NCBI GenBank assembly: GCA_009103225.1
Contig: RHPI01003079.1
Coordinates: 28,377 to 92,376 of the forward strand
Source: Chlorokybus atmophyticus
Taxonomy: Eukaryota; Plantae; Mesostigma and Chlorokybus algae
Direction of reading: 5' to 3'
DNA: 64,000 nucleotides
In this document: piece after piece, positions 36,601-47,636 of the stretch
Position numbering within the stretch: position 1 is the stretch's first letter
Layout of the letters: every line of letters begins with the position of its first letter
Notes under the pieces: generated by a model
What the model was told of the DNA's origin: nothing
What the model saw: only the letters and a program-made list of their open reading frames with translations
Database searches by the model: none
Translations under genes and position numbers: made by a program

Positions 36601-39600
36601 CACGTCATTGGACCGCTGGCCACAGGCCAGACTCGAGAGCAACTCGAGGCTCTCTTCAACAAGTGGAGGAGCCAATTCAGCTTCAGTGTGAAGGAGCTGG
36701 GCATCTGCTCAGCATACCAAATGGACATTGAACTAGTGGACACCGAACCGGTGTTCAAAAGACAGTACCGCCTCTCCAAGCTAGAAGAAGATTTGGTGGA
36801 ACAGAGGTGCAAGGCGCTGCTAGATGCAGGCCTGATCGAGGAGTCCACATCGGATTTTGCGGCCGCGACCGTCATGCCCCTGAAAAAAGATTCAGCAGGC
36901 AACTGGACAGATCGGCGCATGTGTGGCGACTATCGCCCCCTCAACAACAAGACCAAGCAGGACAGGTATCCAATGCCTACCGCAGAAGGCATCTTTGACG
37001 ATGTAGGAGACTGCACGGTCTTTAGTATCCTGGATATGCGCCAAGGGTACAACCAGATCGCCATCAAGGAGGAGGACAAGCACAAGACTTCCTTCTGGGG
37101 AAACCGGCAGCTGTACCAGTGGAAGGTCATGCCCTTCGGACTGAAGAACGCTCCGGCCAAGTTCCAGCGCGTCATGGACAAAGCCCTCAAGGGGTTGGAC
37201 TTCGCACGCTGCTACATCGACGACATCCTCATCTTCAGTCACAGCAATGAGGAGCATCTCCAGCACATCGAAGAGGTGCTACAGAGGCTGAAGGAAGTCG
37301 GGATGACGGTGCACCCTGACAAGTGCACCTTCTTCACCCACAAGGTACCCTACCTAGGACACATGATTGTGCCCCATGGTGTGTACGTACAGCAGGCCAA
37401 AGTGGAGGCACTGGTGGCTATCCCTGCCCCCACAGACCTCACGCGGCTGCGGGCCTTCCTCGGCCTTGCCAACTATTACCGCCGGTTTGTCAAGGACTTT
37501 GCCAAGATCGCAAGGCCTCTCAACGAACTACTGAAGAAGGACACCGAGTTCTTGTGGAAGGAGGCACAACAGGAGGCCTTTCAGGAGCTGAAGCTCCGCC
37601 TCACCACAGCTCCCATTCTGCAACGCCCTGACTACACCAGGTCGTTCATCCTGCACACAGACTGGAGCAAGCTCGGCATGGGGGCCGTGCTCGTACAGCA
37701 CGACAACAACAAGAAGGAGCGCGTAGTGTCGTACGCCAGCCGCAGCAACAACAGTGCTGAGGCCAACTACAGCAGCTACGAAGGGGAGTGTCTCGCCGCA
37801 GTGTGGGCCATCTCCTTCTTCCGACCCTTCCTGTTTGGACGGCAGTTCCAACTGGTCACTGACCATCAACCCCTCAAGTGGCTAATGAACAACCAGCACT
37901 TGACAGGAAAGTTAGCACGATGGGCGCTGCTGCTCCAGGAGTACGACTTCGAGGTGGAACACCGCGCAGGCCTTGCCAACCAGGATGCGGATGGCCTCAG
38001 CCGTAACCCCCACCTCAGCACCAACGACGCCACAGGCGCCCGACATGAGTTGGGTCCTACAGCTGCACCTTCAGGTGTGGCCACCATGTTCGCTGTCGCT
38101 GCGCTACGCTCAGGACGCAGGACTCAGATCGCTGAGGCAGCAGCAGACGGGGACATGCCCGCTCTCGAGCCCGCCATCACCACCACCGATCCTTTATCAG
38201 AAGAAGCAATCGCTGCCGACCCTGAGGTGGATGATGAGGAGCTGGCACCCACCGACACACGACAAGACATCTGGCTGGACGAGCCATCCCTCGCACTGCT
38301 TCAGACTGGACAACTTCCAGCAGGCATGAGCGCACGCGAGAAGGACCGCGTCCGGCAACGCACTCAGCGTTACCGCTGGGCCAACGACAGGCTGTATCGA
38401 CGGATACAAGATGCAGATCAGGAGGTCCCCACACCAGCTGCACGTGAAGGCATCATCTCCTCCCTTCACACCGAGCTCGGGCACTTCGGTGTCAAGCGCA
38501 CGGTCAGCCTGGTCAGGACCCAGTACTGGTGGTATGGGGTGCACAGACAGGTGCGGGAGTTCGTCAGCAACTGTCAGCAGTGTGACATGGTTCGCGCCAG
38601 CCTCAACACGCGCAATGCCACCTTGCATCCCCTTCCCATTTCCGGGTTGTTCTACCGCTGGGGACTGGACATCCTCGGAGACCTAGCGCCCTCAGCGCGA
38701 GGCAACCGCTACATCCTCGTCATGATCGAGCACTTCTCCAAGTGGGTGGAGCTGGTGCCCCTGCCCGACAAGAGCAGTGAGGGAGTAGCCCAGGCTTTCC
38801 TCTCCCATGTACTCGGACGCTTCGGCAGCTGCGCTGAAGTCATCACCGACCAGGGTACGGAGTTCAGAGGAGCCTTCGACAAGCTTATCGACAGATGCTT
38901 CATCGACCACCGTCGCACCTCACGCGACCACCCGCAGGCCGACGGCCTCGCCGAGCGTACCGTGCAGACCATCAAGAAGGCACTGCGCAAGTACGTCCTC
39001 GCCTACGAGAAGAATACCTGGGATGATCACCTCCCATGGGTAGCAATGGGCTACCGGCTGTCCAAGCAGGCAGCCCTGCGAGAGTACAGCCCATACTATC
39101 TACTGTTCGGAAGGCAGCCATTGCTCCCTTTCCGCGCACAGCAGGAGGTCGACAGAGTGGTGGACAATCTCGACAACCCCGACGAGATGGTGTATGATCT
39201 GACAGTGCGCAGTGCGCTGTTCGAACACACAGTCCCCATGGCCTTCAACAACCTGCGCATCGCGCAGCACCGCGACACGCTGCGTTACGAGCGTGTGCGC
39301 AGTGGTTTCTACAAGGAGCGGGAGCGCCGCTTCGAGTCAGGAGACTTCGTCTACCGTATGGCGTCTACACGCGACACCCTCGATACCTCCGTCGGGCGTG
39401 CTGTCTACAAGGTATTGAAGGTGCACCCCACAGGGGTACTGGACCTGTTGGGACAACGAGGCGAGCGCATGAAGGACAACATGGTCAACTGTGCGCCCTG
39501 TCATCTCCCCTACATTGCTGGCTTCACCAAGATCCAGCACCCGCGTCCGCTGCGCAGCACCCGATGCGAGAAGTGTGGCAGCGCCGACGACGACCCATTG

Positions 39601-39729
39601 ATGATGTTATGCGACGGCTGTAATCAAGGCATGCACTGCTACTGCCTTGACCCTCCACTGGACGCAGTACCCTTGTGGGAGTACTGGTGCGATGACTGCC
39701 GCATCAACGGTCCCCCACACAGTCGGTAG
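30640..39729 (+). CDS. Single-frame Gag-PR-DNMT-RT-RNaseH-IN-PHD polyprotein (~3029 codons) with three in-frame stops
   Basis: ORFs 30640, 31564, 32944 and 33727 share one frame; stops TAG 31312, TGA 32935, TAA 33676. Gag CHRCGRHGHYQKEC; protease MLNTGAQ (Asp to Asn, 34738); DNMT 35464-36420; RT YIDD 37213; RNase H HTDWS; integrase HTELGH..CQQC, LDILG, TDQGTEF, LAERTV; PHD 39565-39699. Confidence 0.95.
32086..32240 (+). repeat. 48-bp coding tandem repeat (GYNSNNTGGHTGNNFN) in Gag
   Basis: Units start at 32086, 32134, 32182. Confidence 0.9.
35464..36420 (+). CDS. C5-cytosine DNA methyltransferase domain, DNMT3-like, within Pol
   Basis: Motif I VLELFGGIDSG; II YLYCDPN; IV DLLIAGWECQG; VI YIIENV; VIII SRAHRVRAKWTNL (DNMT3: SAAHRARYFWGNL); IX ERERAMGF; X QLLGRAMD. 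Confidence 0.92.
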
Positions 39730-39767
39730 GAACTGAGTTCTGGAGCAGAGGGCTACCCCAGAATCTC

Positions 39768-39774
39768 AGGGGGG
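39768..39774 (+). promoter_or_regulatory. Polypurine (G-run) tract immediately upstream of repeat B1
   Basis: AGGGGGG running into GTGGCTTGTTGACT; G-run length differs in the duplicated copies. No purine tract precedes A2. Confidence 0.55.
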
Positions 39775-40905
39775 GTGGCTTGTTGACTGTGTGCACTACG
39801 ACACAGTCTGTACACAAAGGTGGCGAGCAACATCGGCTCGTCCACTGCACTAAACACCGCGTAGGCTCATCTTCAAGCCTATGCCCACGATTGGGGGGTT
39901 GTCTTTTGCTTGCATGGCTCTAATGCAGTGCACGGCACTAGCATGCGTGCAGCACTAGCACTCCTCTGCAGCCTGTCCGAGACAAGGTTGCCCTCGACCA
40001 TGACAGGCACGACAGCTGTCATGCCATCTACCCTCGCATGCCAGTTCTTCTCAAGCATGCCTACACCCAGCCCCACGCCCGGGCTACCAGCATGAAGACC
40101 GCGCGAGCCCCAGCCTACTGCTAGCTACTGTATCACTCATGTAGCATGTAGCTAGGGCTACTTTATAGACCTGTCTGTAGGGACCGCGCGTAGCTGATCA
40201 GTTGCAAGTCTGTTAAGAACACATGTGCTATATCAAGTCTTAGGAGATTTCCGAAATAGCATGAGGCCTCGATGTGACCGTTGGCCTAGTGCCCGCGTGG
40301 CACTGCACAGTCATGATTTGACATGTATAAGTAGGAAGTCACGTCACCAGACTGGCTGGTGACACTGTAAGTGAGTACTGTGAGTACTAGGAGTACTAAG
40401 AAGTAAAGACTCTGTTTCTAAAGAGCTTGTGAAGCGACTTGAACTGGAAGCACGCTGCCCCGGTTGCCAAGAATTCCCTTACTGCGTGAGACACGGTGCA
40501 TGCTCTTGTGCGCTGTGCCTGCCATTGCTGTGAGCTTGACGGTGGTGTGTTGTTTCAGTAGTCAGGGTGTTGTATCCACGTGTTGCACACTCATTCACCT
40601 CACTTAACAGTGTATCATTCTATCCACTCATGCAAAGAACTGTGTCCACAGCACTACCTATCGTAGTGGCTTGTTGACTGTGTGCACTACGACACAGTCT
40701 GTACACAAAGGTGGCGAGCGGCATCGGCTCGTCCACTGCACTGAACCCCGCGTAGGCTCATCTTCAAGCCTATGCCCACGATTGGGGGGTTGTCTTTTGC
40801 TTATATGACTCCAATGCAATGCACGGCACTAGCATGCGTGCAGCACTAGCACTCCTCCGCAGCCTGTCCGAGACAAGGTTGCCCTCGACCATGGCAGGCA
40901 CGACA
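39775..40905 (+). repeat. 3' terminal block of element D: B1 (39775-40014) - GC - A2 (40017-40679) - B2 (40666-40905)
   Basis: B1 and B2 are both 240 bp; A and B overlap by GTGGCTTGTTGACT (14 bp); B1/A2 junction GGCACGACA-GC-TGTCATGCC is a near-perfect palindrome. Confidence 0.95.
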
Positions 40906-41478
40906 ACCCTTCCCACAACTCTTTGCAATGTGACCTTGCTCGCCGCACGACCAGCATTTGGCACCCGACACACCTTCCACACTCGCGTTGTTGGCGTGCT
41001 TGAGCTGCCCGGACTTGCCACCAGCTGCCTTGCTCGCTGCTACGGGCTTGGAAGAGCTCTTCTCCTCCGACGCTTCAATTTCAACCCACGACGCTGCCGG
41101 TCGATGTTCTTGAGTTACTCATGCTGAATCTCGGCCGTCTCGGCCACCTTGAACACATCCGCAAGCGTGTACGTACCAAACTCTGACTGAGTGGTCAACA
41201 TGGTCTCCACCTTCAGCCTCAAGTCCCCCTCAAGTTGTTGAAGGTACACCACCGCCGCGGTCTGATCCGTCATCACCTTGTAGTCCGTGTCTGTCAAGAG
41301 CTTGAGCATACGCGTGTACATCATCCTAGCCGTCTCACCGGTGTGGCGCGTGAAATAGCTCAGCTCGCAAACCTTGGCAGGGTTGATTGTGGGTAAGTCT
41401 TCCTCAGAAGCGCCTTAAATTCAGTCACCCGCGGCTCCTTCTTCCACTCCGCCTTTAACTCAGCCGGTGCACCCACGN

Positions 41479-44400
41479 TAAGGAGGAGGACAAGCACAAG
41501 ACTTCCTTCTGGGGAAACCGGCAGCTGTACAAGTGGAAGGTCATGCCCTTCGGACTGAAGAACGCTCCGGCCAAGTTCCAGCGCGTCATGGACAAAGCCC
41601 TCAAGGGGTTGGACTTTGCACGCTGCTACATCGACGACATCCTCATCTTCAGTCACAGCAATGAGGAGCATCTCCAGCACATCGAAGAGGTGCTACAGAG
41701 GCTGAAGGAAGTCGGGATGACGGTGCACCCTGACAAGTGCACCTTCTTCACCCACAAGGTACCCTACCTAGGACACATGATTGTGCCCCATGGTGTGTAC
41801 GTACAGCAGGCCAAAGTGGAGGCACTGGTGGCTATCCCTGCCCCCACAGACCTCACGCGGCTGCGGGCCTTCCTCGGCCTTGCCAACTATTACCGCCGGT
41901 TTGTCAAGGACTTTGCCAAGATCGCAAGGCCTCTCAACGAACTACTGAAGAAGGACACCGAGTTCTTGTGGAAGGAGGCACAACAGGAGGCCTTTCAGGA
42001 GCTGAAGCTCCGCCTCACCACAGCTCCCATTCTGCAACGCCCTGACTACACCAGGTCGTTCATCCTGCACACAGACTGGAGCAAGCTCGGCATGGGGGCC
42101 GTGCTCGTACAGCACGACAACAACAAGAAGGAGCGCGTAGTGTCGTACGCCAGCCGCAGCAACAACAGTGCTGAGGCCAACTACAGCAGCTACGAAGGGG
42201 AGTGTCTCGCCGCAGTGTGGGCCATCTCCTTCTTCCGACCCTTCCTGTTTGGACGGCAGTTCCAACTGGTCACTGACCATCAACCCCTCAAGTGGCTAAT
42301 GAACAACCAGCACTTGACAGGAAAGTTAGCACGATGGGCGCTGCTGCTCCAGGAGTACGACTTCGAGGTGGAACACCGCGCAGGCCTTGCCAACCAGGAT
42401 GCGGATGGCCTCAGCCGTAACCCCCACCTCAGCACCAACGACGCCACAGGCGCCCGACATGAGTTGGGTCCTACAGCTGCACCTTCAGGTGTGGCCACCA
42501 TGTTCGCTGTCGCTGCGCTACGCTCAGGACGCAGGACTCAGATCGCTGAGGCAGCAGCAGACGGGGACATGCCCGCTCTCGAGCCCGCCATCACCACCAC
42601 CGATCCTTTATCAGAAGAAGCAATCGCTGCCGACCCTGAGGTGGATGATGAGGAGCTGGCACCCACCGACACACGACAAGACATCTGGCTGGACGAGCCA
42701 TCCCTCGCACTGCTTCAGACTGGACAACTTCCAGCAGGCATGAGCGCACGCGAGAAGGACCGCGTCCGGCAACGCACTCAGCGTTACCGCTGGGCCAACG
42801 ACAGGCTGTATCGACGGATACAAGATGCAGATCAGGAGGTCCCCACACCAGCTGCACGTGAAGGCATCATCTCCTCCCTTCACACCGAGCTCGGGCACTT
42901 CGGTGTCAAGCGCACGGTCAGCCTGGTCAGGACCCAGTACTGGTGGTATGGGGTGCACAGACAGGTGCGGGAGTTCGTCAGCAACTGTCAGCAGTGTGAC
43001 ATGGTTCGCGCCAGCCTCAACACGCGCAATGCCACCTTGCATCCCCTTCCCATTTCCGGGTTGTTCTACCGCTGGGGACTGGACATCCTCGGAGACCTAG
43101 CGCCCTCAGCGCGAGGCAACCGCTACATCCTCGTCATGATCGAGCACTTCTCCAAGTGGGTGGAGCTGGTGCCCCTGCCCGACAAGAGCAGTGAGGGAGT
43201 AGCCCAGGCTTTCCTCTCCCATGTACTCGGACGCTTCGGCAGCTGCGCTGAAGTCATCACCGACCAGGGTACGGAGTTCAGAGGAGCCTTCGACAAGCTT
43301 ATCGACAGATGCTTCATCGACCACCGTCGCACCTCACGCGACCACCCGCAGGCCGACGGCCTCGCCGAGCGTACCGTGCAGACCATCAAGAAGGCACTGC
43401 GCAAGTACGTCCTCGCCTACGAGAAGAATACCTGGGATGATCACCTCCCATGGGTAGCAATGGGCTACCGGCTGTCCAAGCAGGCAGCCCTGCGAGAGTA
43501 CAGCCCATACTATCTACTGTTCGGAAGGCAGCCATTGCTCCCTTTCCGCGCACAGCAGGAGGTCGACAGAGTGGTGGACAATCTCGACAACCCCGACGAG
43601 ATGTTGTATGATCTGACAGTGCGCAGTGCGCTGTTCGAACACACAGTCCCCATGGCCTTCAACAACCTGCGCATCGCGCAGCACCGCGACACGCTGCGTT
43701 ACGAGCGTGTGCGCAGTGGTTTCTACAAGGAGCGGGAGCGCCGCTTCGAGACAGGAGACTTCGTCTACCGTATGGCGTCTACACGCGACACCCTCGATAC
43801 CTCCGTCGGGCGTGCTGTCTACAAGGTATTGAAGGTGCACCCCACAGGGGTACTGGACCTGTTGGGACAACGAGGCGAGCGCATGAAGGACAACATGGTC
43901 AACTGTGCGCCCTGTCATCTCCCCTACATTGCTGGCTTCACCAAGATCCAGCACCCGCGTCCGCTGCGCAGCACCCGATGCGAGAAGTGTGGCAGCGCCG
44001 ACGACGACCCATTGATGATGTTATGCGACGGCTGTAATCAAGGCATGCACTGCTACTGCCTTGACCCTCCACTGGACGCAGTACCCTTGTGGGAGTACTG
44101 GTGCGATGACTGCCGCATCAACGGTCCCCCACACAGTCGGTAGGAACTGAGTTCCGGAGCAGAGGGCTACCCCAGAATCTTAGGGGTGGCTTGTTGACTG
44201 TGTGCACTACGACACAGTCTGTACACAAAGGTGGCGAGCGGCATCGGCTCGTCCACTGCACTAAACACCGCGTAGGCTCATCTTCAAGCCTATGCCCACG
44301 ATTGGGGGGTTGTCTTTTGCTTGCATGACTCCAATGCAGTGCACGGCACTAGCATGCGTGCAGCACTAGCACTCCTCCGCAGCCTGTCCGAGACAAGGTT

Positions 44401-47400
44401 GCCCTCGACCATGGCAGGCACGACAGCTGTCATGCCATCTACCCTCGCATGCCAGTCCTTCTCGAGCATGCCTACACCCAGCCCCACGCCCGGGCTACCA
44501 GCATGAAGACCGCGCGAGCCCCAGCCTACTGCTAGCTACTGTACCGCTCATGTAGCATGTAGCTAGGGCTACTTTATAGACCTGTCTGTAGGGACCGCGC
44601 GTAGCTGATCAGTTGTAAGTCTGTTGATAACACATGTGCTATATCGAGTCTTAGGAGATTTCCGAAATAGCATGAGGCCTCGATGTGACCGTTGGCCTAG
44701 TGCCCGCGTGGCACTGCACAGTTATGATTTGACATGTATAAGTAGGAAGTCACGTCACCAGACTGGCTGGTGACACTATAAGTGAGTACTGGGAGTACTG
44801 GGAGTACTAAGAAGTAAAGACTCTGTTTCTAAAGAGCTTGTGAAGCGACTTGAACTGGAAGCACGCTGCCCCGGTTGCCAAGAATTCCCTTACTGCGTGA
44901 GACACGGTGCATGCTCTTGTGCGCTGTGCCTGTCATTGTTGTGAGCTTGGCGGTGGTGTGTTGTCTCAATAGTCAGGGTGTTGTATCCACGTGTTGCACA
45001 CTCATTCACCTCACTTAACAGTGTATCATTCTATCCACTCATGCAAAGAACTGTGTCCACTGCACTACCTATCGTAGTGGCTTGTTGACTGTGTGCACTA
45101 CGACACAGTCTGTACACAAAGGTGGCGAGCGGCATCGGCTCGTCCACTGCACTGAACCCCGCGTAGGCTCATCTTCAAGCCTATGCCCACGATTGGGGGG
45201 TTGTCTTTTGCTTATATGACTCCAATGCAATGCACGGCACTAGCATGCGTGCAGCACTAGCACTCCTCCGCAGCCTGTCCGAGACAAGGTTGCCCTCGAC
45301 CATGGCAGGCACGACAACCCTTCCCACAACTCTTTGCAATGTGACCTTGCTCGCCGCACGACCAGCATTTGGCACCCGACACACCTTCCACACTCGCGTT
45401 GTTGGCGTGCTTGAGCTGCCCGGACTTGCCACCAGCTGCCTTGCTCGCTGCTACGGGCTTGGAAGAGCTCTTCTCCTCCGACGCTTCAATTTCAACCCAC
45501 GACGCTGCCGGTCGATGTTCTTGAGTTACTCATGCTGAATCTCGGCCGTCTCGGCCACCTTGAACACATCCGCAAGCGTGTACGTACCAAACTCTGACTG
45601 AGTGGTCAACATGGTCTCCACCTTCAGCCTCAAGTCCCCCTCAAGTTGTTGAAGGTACACCACCGCCGCGGTCTGATCCGTCATCACCTTGTAGTCCGTG
45701 TCTGTCAAGAGCTTGAGCATACGCGTGTACATCATCCTAGCCGTCTCACCGGTGTGGCGCGTGAAATAGCTCAGCTCGCAAACCTTGGCAGGGTTGATTG
45801 TGGGTAAGTCTTCCTCAGAAGCGCCTTAAATTCAGTCACCCGCGGCTCCTTCTTCCACTCCGCCTTTAACTCAGCCGGTGCACCCACGTGCAACGCCCTC
45901 TCTCGCATCTCCAGCTGCTCTTTAAACTCTCTCAACGTGCTCGAGGTTTCATCCTTAAGGTATAGAGGCAGCATCTTGAAGGCCTTGTGCTCGTCCCACC
46001 CCGACTTGTCGCGGTACTCCCATTTTACCATCTCGGAGTCGAAGCGGTCGATGAAGTCGCGTAGGTCCGCCGTGCCGGGCCTCCCACTGAACTTCGGTGT
46101 GCTATCCATGGCTGAAGCTGAGTCAAACATCACCCCACCCTCGTCTTCGAAGTCGGACTCCTCGTCACTCGAAGACTCCACCTCTTTAGCGACGCCCTCC
46201 ACCACCGGAGTGATCGCCCTTCTCGGCGCTCTTCTCTGTAAAGCCGCCTACGTGGGTCTTTCGTGCCAGTCCTCACCAGACCGTAGGGGCATGAACATGC
46301 CTGCTCCTCACTTCAACTCGAGCAAACTCAGCTGATGGGTTGAATGCAAGTGAAAGATGCGTGTCTCCTTGCAAAAGGAAGGCAAGATGACCCCAACTTG
46401 ACTTGCAATCAGCCGTTTGCTCATGAAGCTCAGTCCGCACCCATGCTAAGGCAGCTCATACGGTGCATCAAGATCGCTACAATAATTCACACTCCTTCAT
46501 GCAAGGCAACCAAGCAAGGCACACGCGCGCACACACGCAAGCATGCACACACGCATACACTCAGCCAAGAACCTCTTCCCGAAGGCTTTGCTTGCACTCC
46601 AGTGAGCCAACTTGCATTCAACCAACTGTAACACAAGCTAGCTAAGGCTTATATACCACCGTTGAGTCCATGCCCAACCAACTCCTAACCAACTCTTCAA
46701 CTTCCAATGACTTACAGGCTGCACCAGCTACATAACAGTCATTATGAGGCCAATAAATGGTAGTAAATGGATAGCAATGGCTCCCCAAAGCTTATCCTCT
46801 TCAAGTACACTCCAAGACGCATCTTTTGAGTCCATCCCCACGCCAAACCACCACTCCAACCGTCAGTTACATCTGTTGCAAGTCATGACTCCAAAACAGC
46901 TGCGCGGGATACCATACTAACTCGATTACGCCGAGAACTCTGTATCTGGCTATGGATACGCCTCAAATACGCCTCCCACTCGTAAAGCACGACCCAAACT
47001 CGAGTCCCAAGTGAAAACCTAACATGAAGAGCCTCTATAATGGCTCAGGGCTCCAAAGTTATAGGGCCCCATGTATGCTGCCAGCCCCAAGGGCACCATG
47101 CACATGACACTATATGCTCGCGCATGACAACAGTCCAATGCATCTCAGACATGCAAGGTGGCAGCCGTTGAGCTGAGGAGAATGGCTTGGTCACTTGACA
47201 CGCTGTATCCTGCTATGCAAAAGGCAGTAGTGCGCCTCATGAGCTTGCATGGGAGTTCGTGCAGCCCGAAGCGTGCCAACTTATTTTGGAGGTGGTTGTT
47301 TCGTGAGAGCAGGTCAAGCCGGGCATTTCACCGTGCGGAGAAGATGATTACAATCTGGAGCTTTTATGCCATCAGACAGCGTGAAGGCCTTGTGGACTAT

Positions 47401-47635
47401 GCAGCACAAGACTCAGACTTATCGTGCATGCCGCTACCCGAGGATCGCGATGTTCCCCACGCCATGTATGATTCTGAAGTTGTGAACTTGATTGAGTAGC
47501 GTTATAGCAGCATGTCTACGAGCTGCTATAGCAATAGCCTTGATACATGTGCAACTTGTGCATGGTGACCAACGCATTGCGCAGGGCACACGCAATGGGG
47601 GTCGATTGGTGCAGTGGCATGTATTTATGTCATGC
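41479..47635 (+). repeat. Second copy of D pol 3' half + B-gc-A-B + host flank (likely redundant contig)
   Basis: Bounded by single N at 41478 and 47636; ORF 41543-44143 nearly identical to 37129-39729; same ACCC junction at 45317. Confidence 0.85.
46338..46655 (-). promoter_or_regulatory. TATA, self-primer and PBS of element B
   Basis: Minus strand: TATATAA at 46655, GGTTGAATGCAAGT 32 nt later (46623-46610), perfect complement ACTTGCATTCAACC at the end of the A repeat (46351-46338). Confidence 0.75.
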
Positions 47636-47636
47636 N

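Larger units (their letters stand above)
29767..40905 (+). mobile_element. Near-complete Ty3/gypsy retrotransposon (element D, 11,139 bp) with DNMT3-like and PHD domains, permuted terminal repeats, 4-bp TSD ACCC
   Basis: Ends TGTCATGCC...GGCACGACA (9-bp imperfect inverted repeat); ACCC at 29763-29766 and 40906-40909; removing the element and one TSD copy restores the host gag frame. Confidence 0.95.
27280..47129 (-). mobile_element. Element B: diverged DNMT-gypsy, 3'-truncated (pieces 47129-45317, 41477-40906, 29766-27280; 5' part duplicated at 50534-52346)
   Basis: 5' end TGTCATGCGC at 47129; gag KFSGRPGTADLRDFIDRF; twin zinc knuckles CWSCGEQGHIAKSC-GKGGNKDV-CSHCKKGGRVEAKC split by the 29767-40905 insertion; protease VLVDTGAQPVILG; DNMT motifs VELLGGIAS, GWECQGHSRVG, YIMENV, SRVHRLRVKWTNL. 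Confidence 0.9.

Noticed and set aside
36360-39540. Antisense and alternate-frame ORFs over pol
   Set aside because: Shadow ORFs expected from GC-rich coding sequence; no motifs.
29767-40905. A conventional element with its own LTRs nested inside a host LTR
   Set aside because: Only ~45 bp separate the pol stop from B1, so no second LTR pair exists, and family B shows the same truncated 5' repeat.
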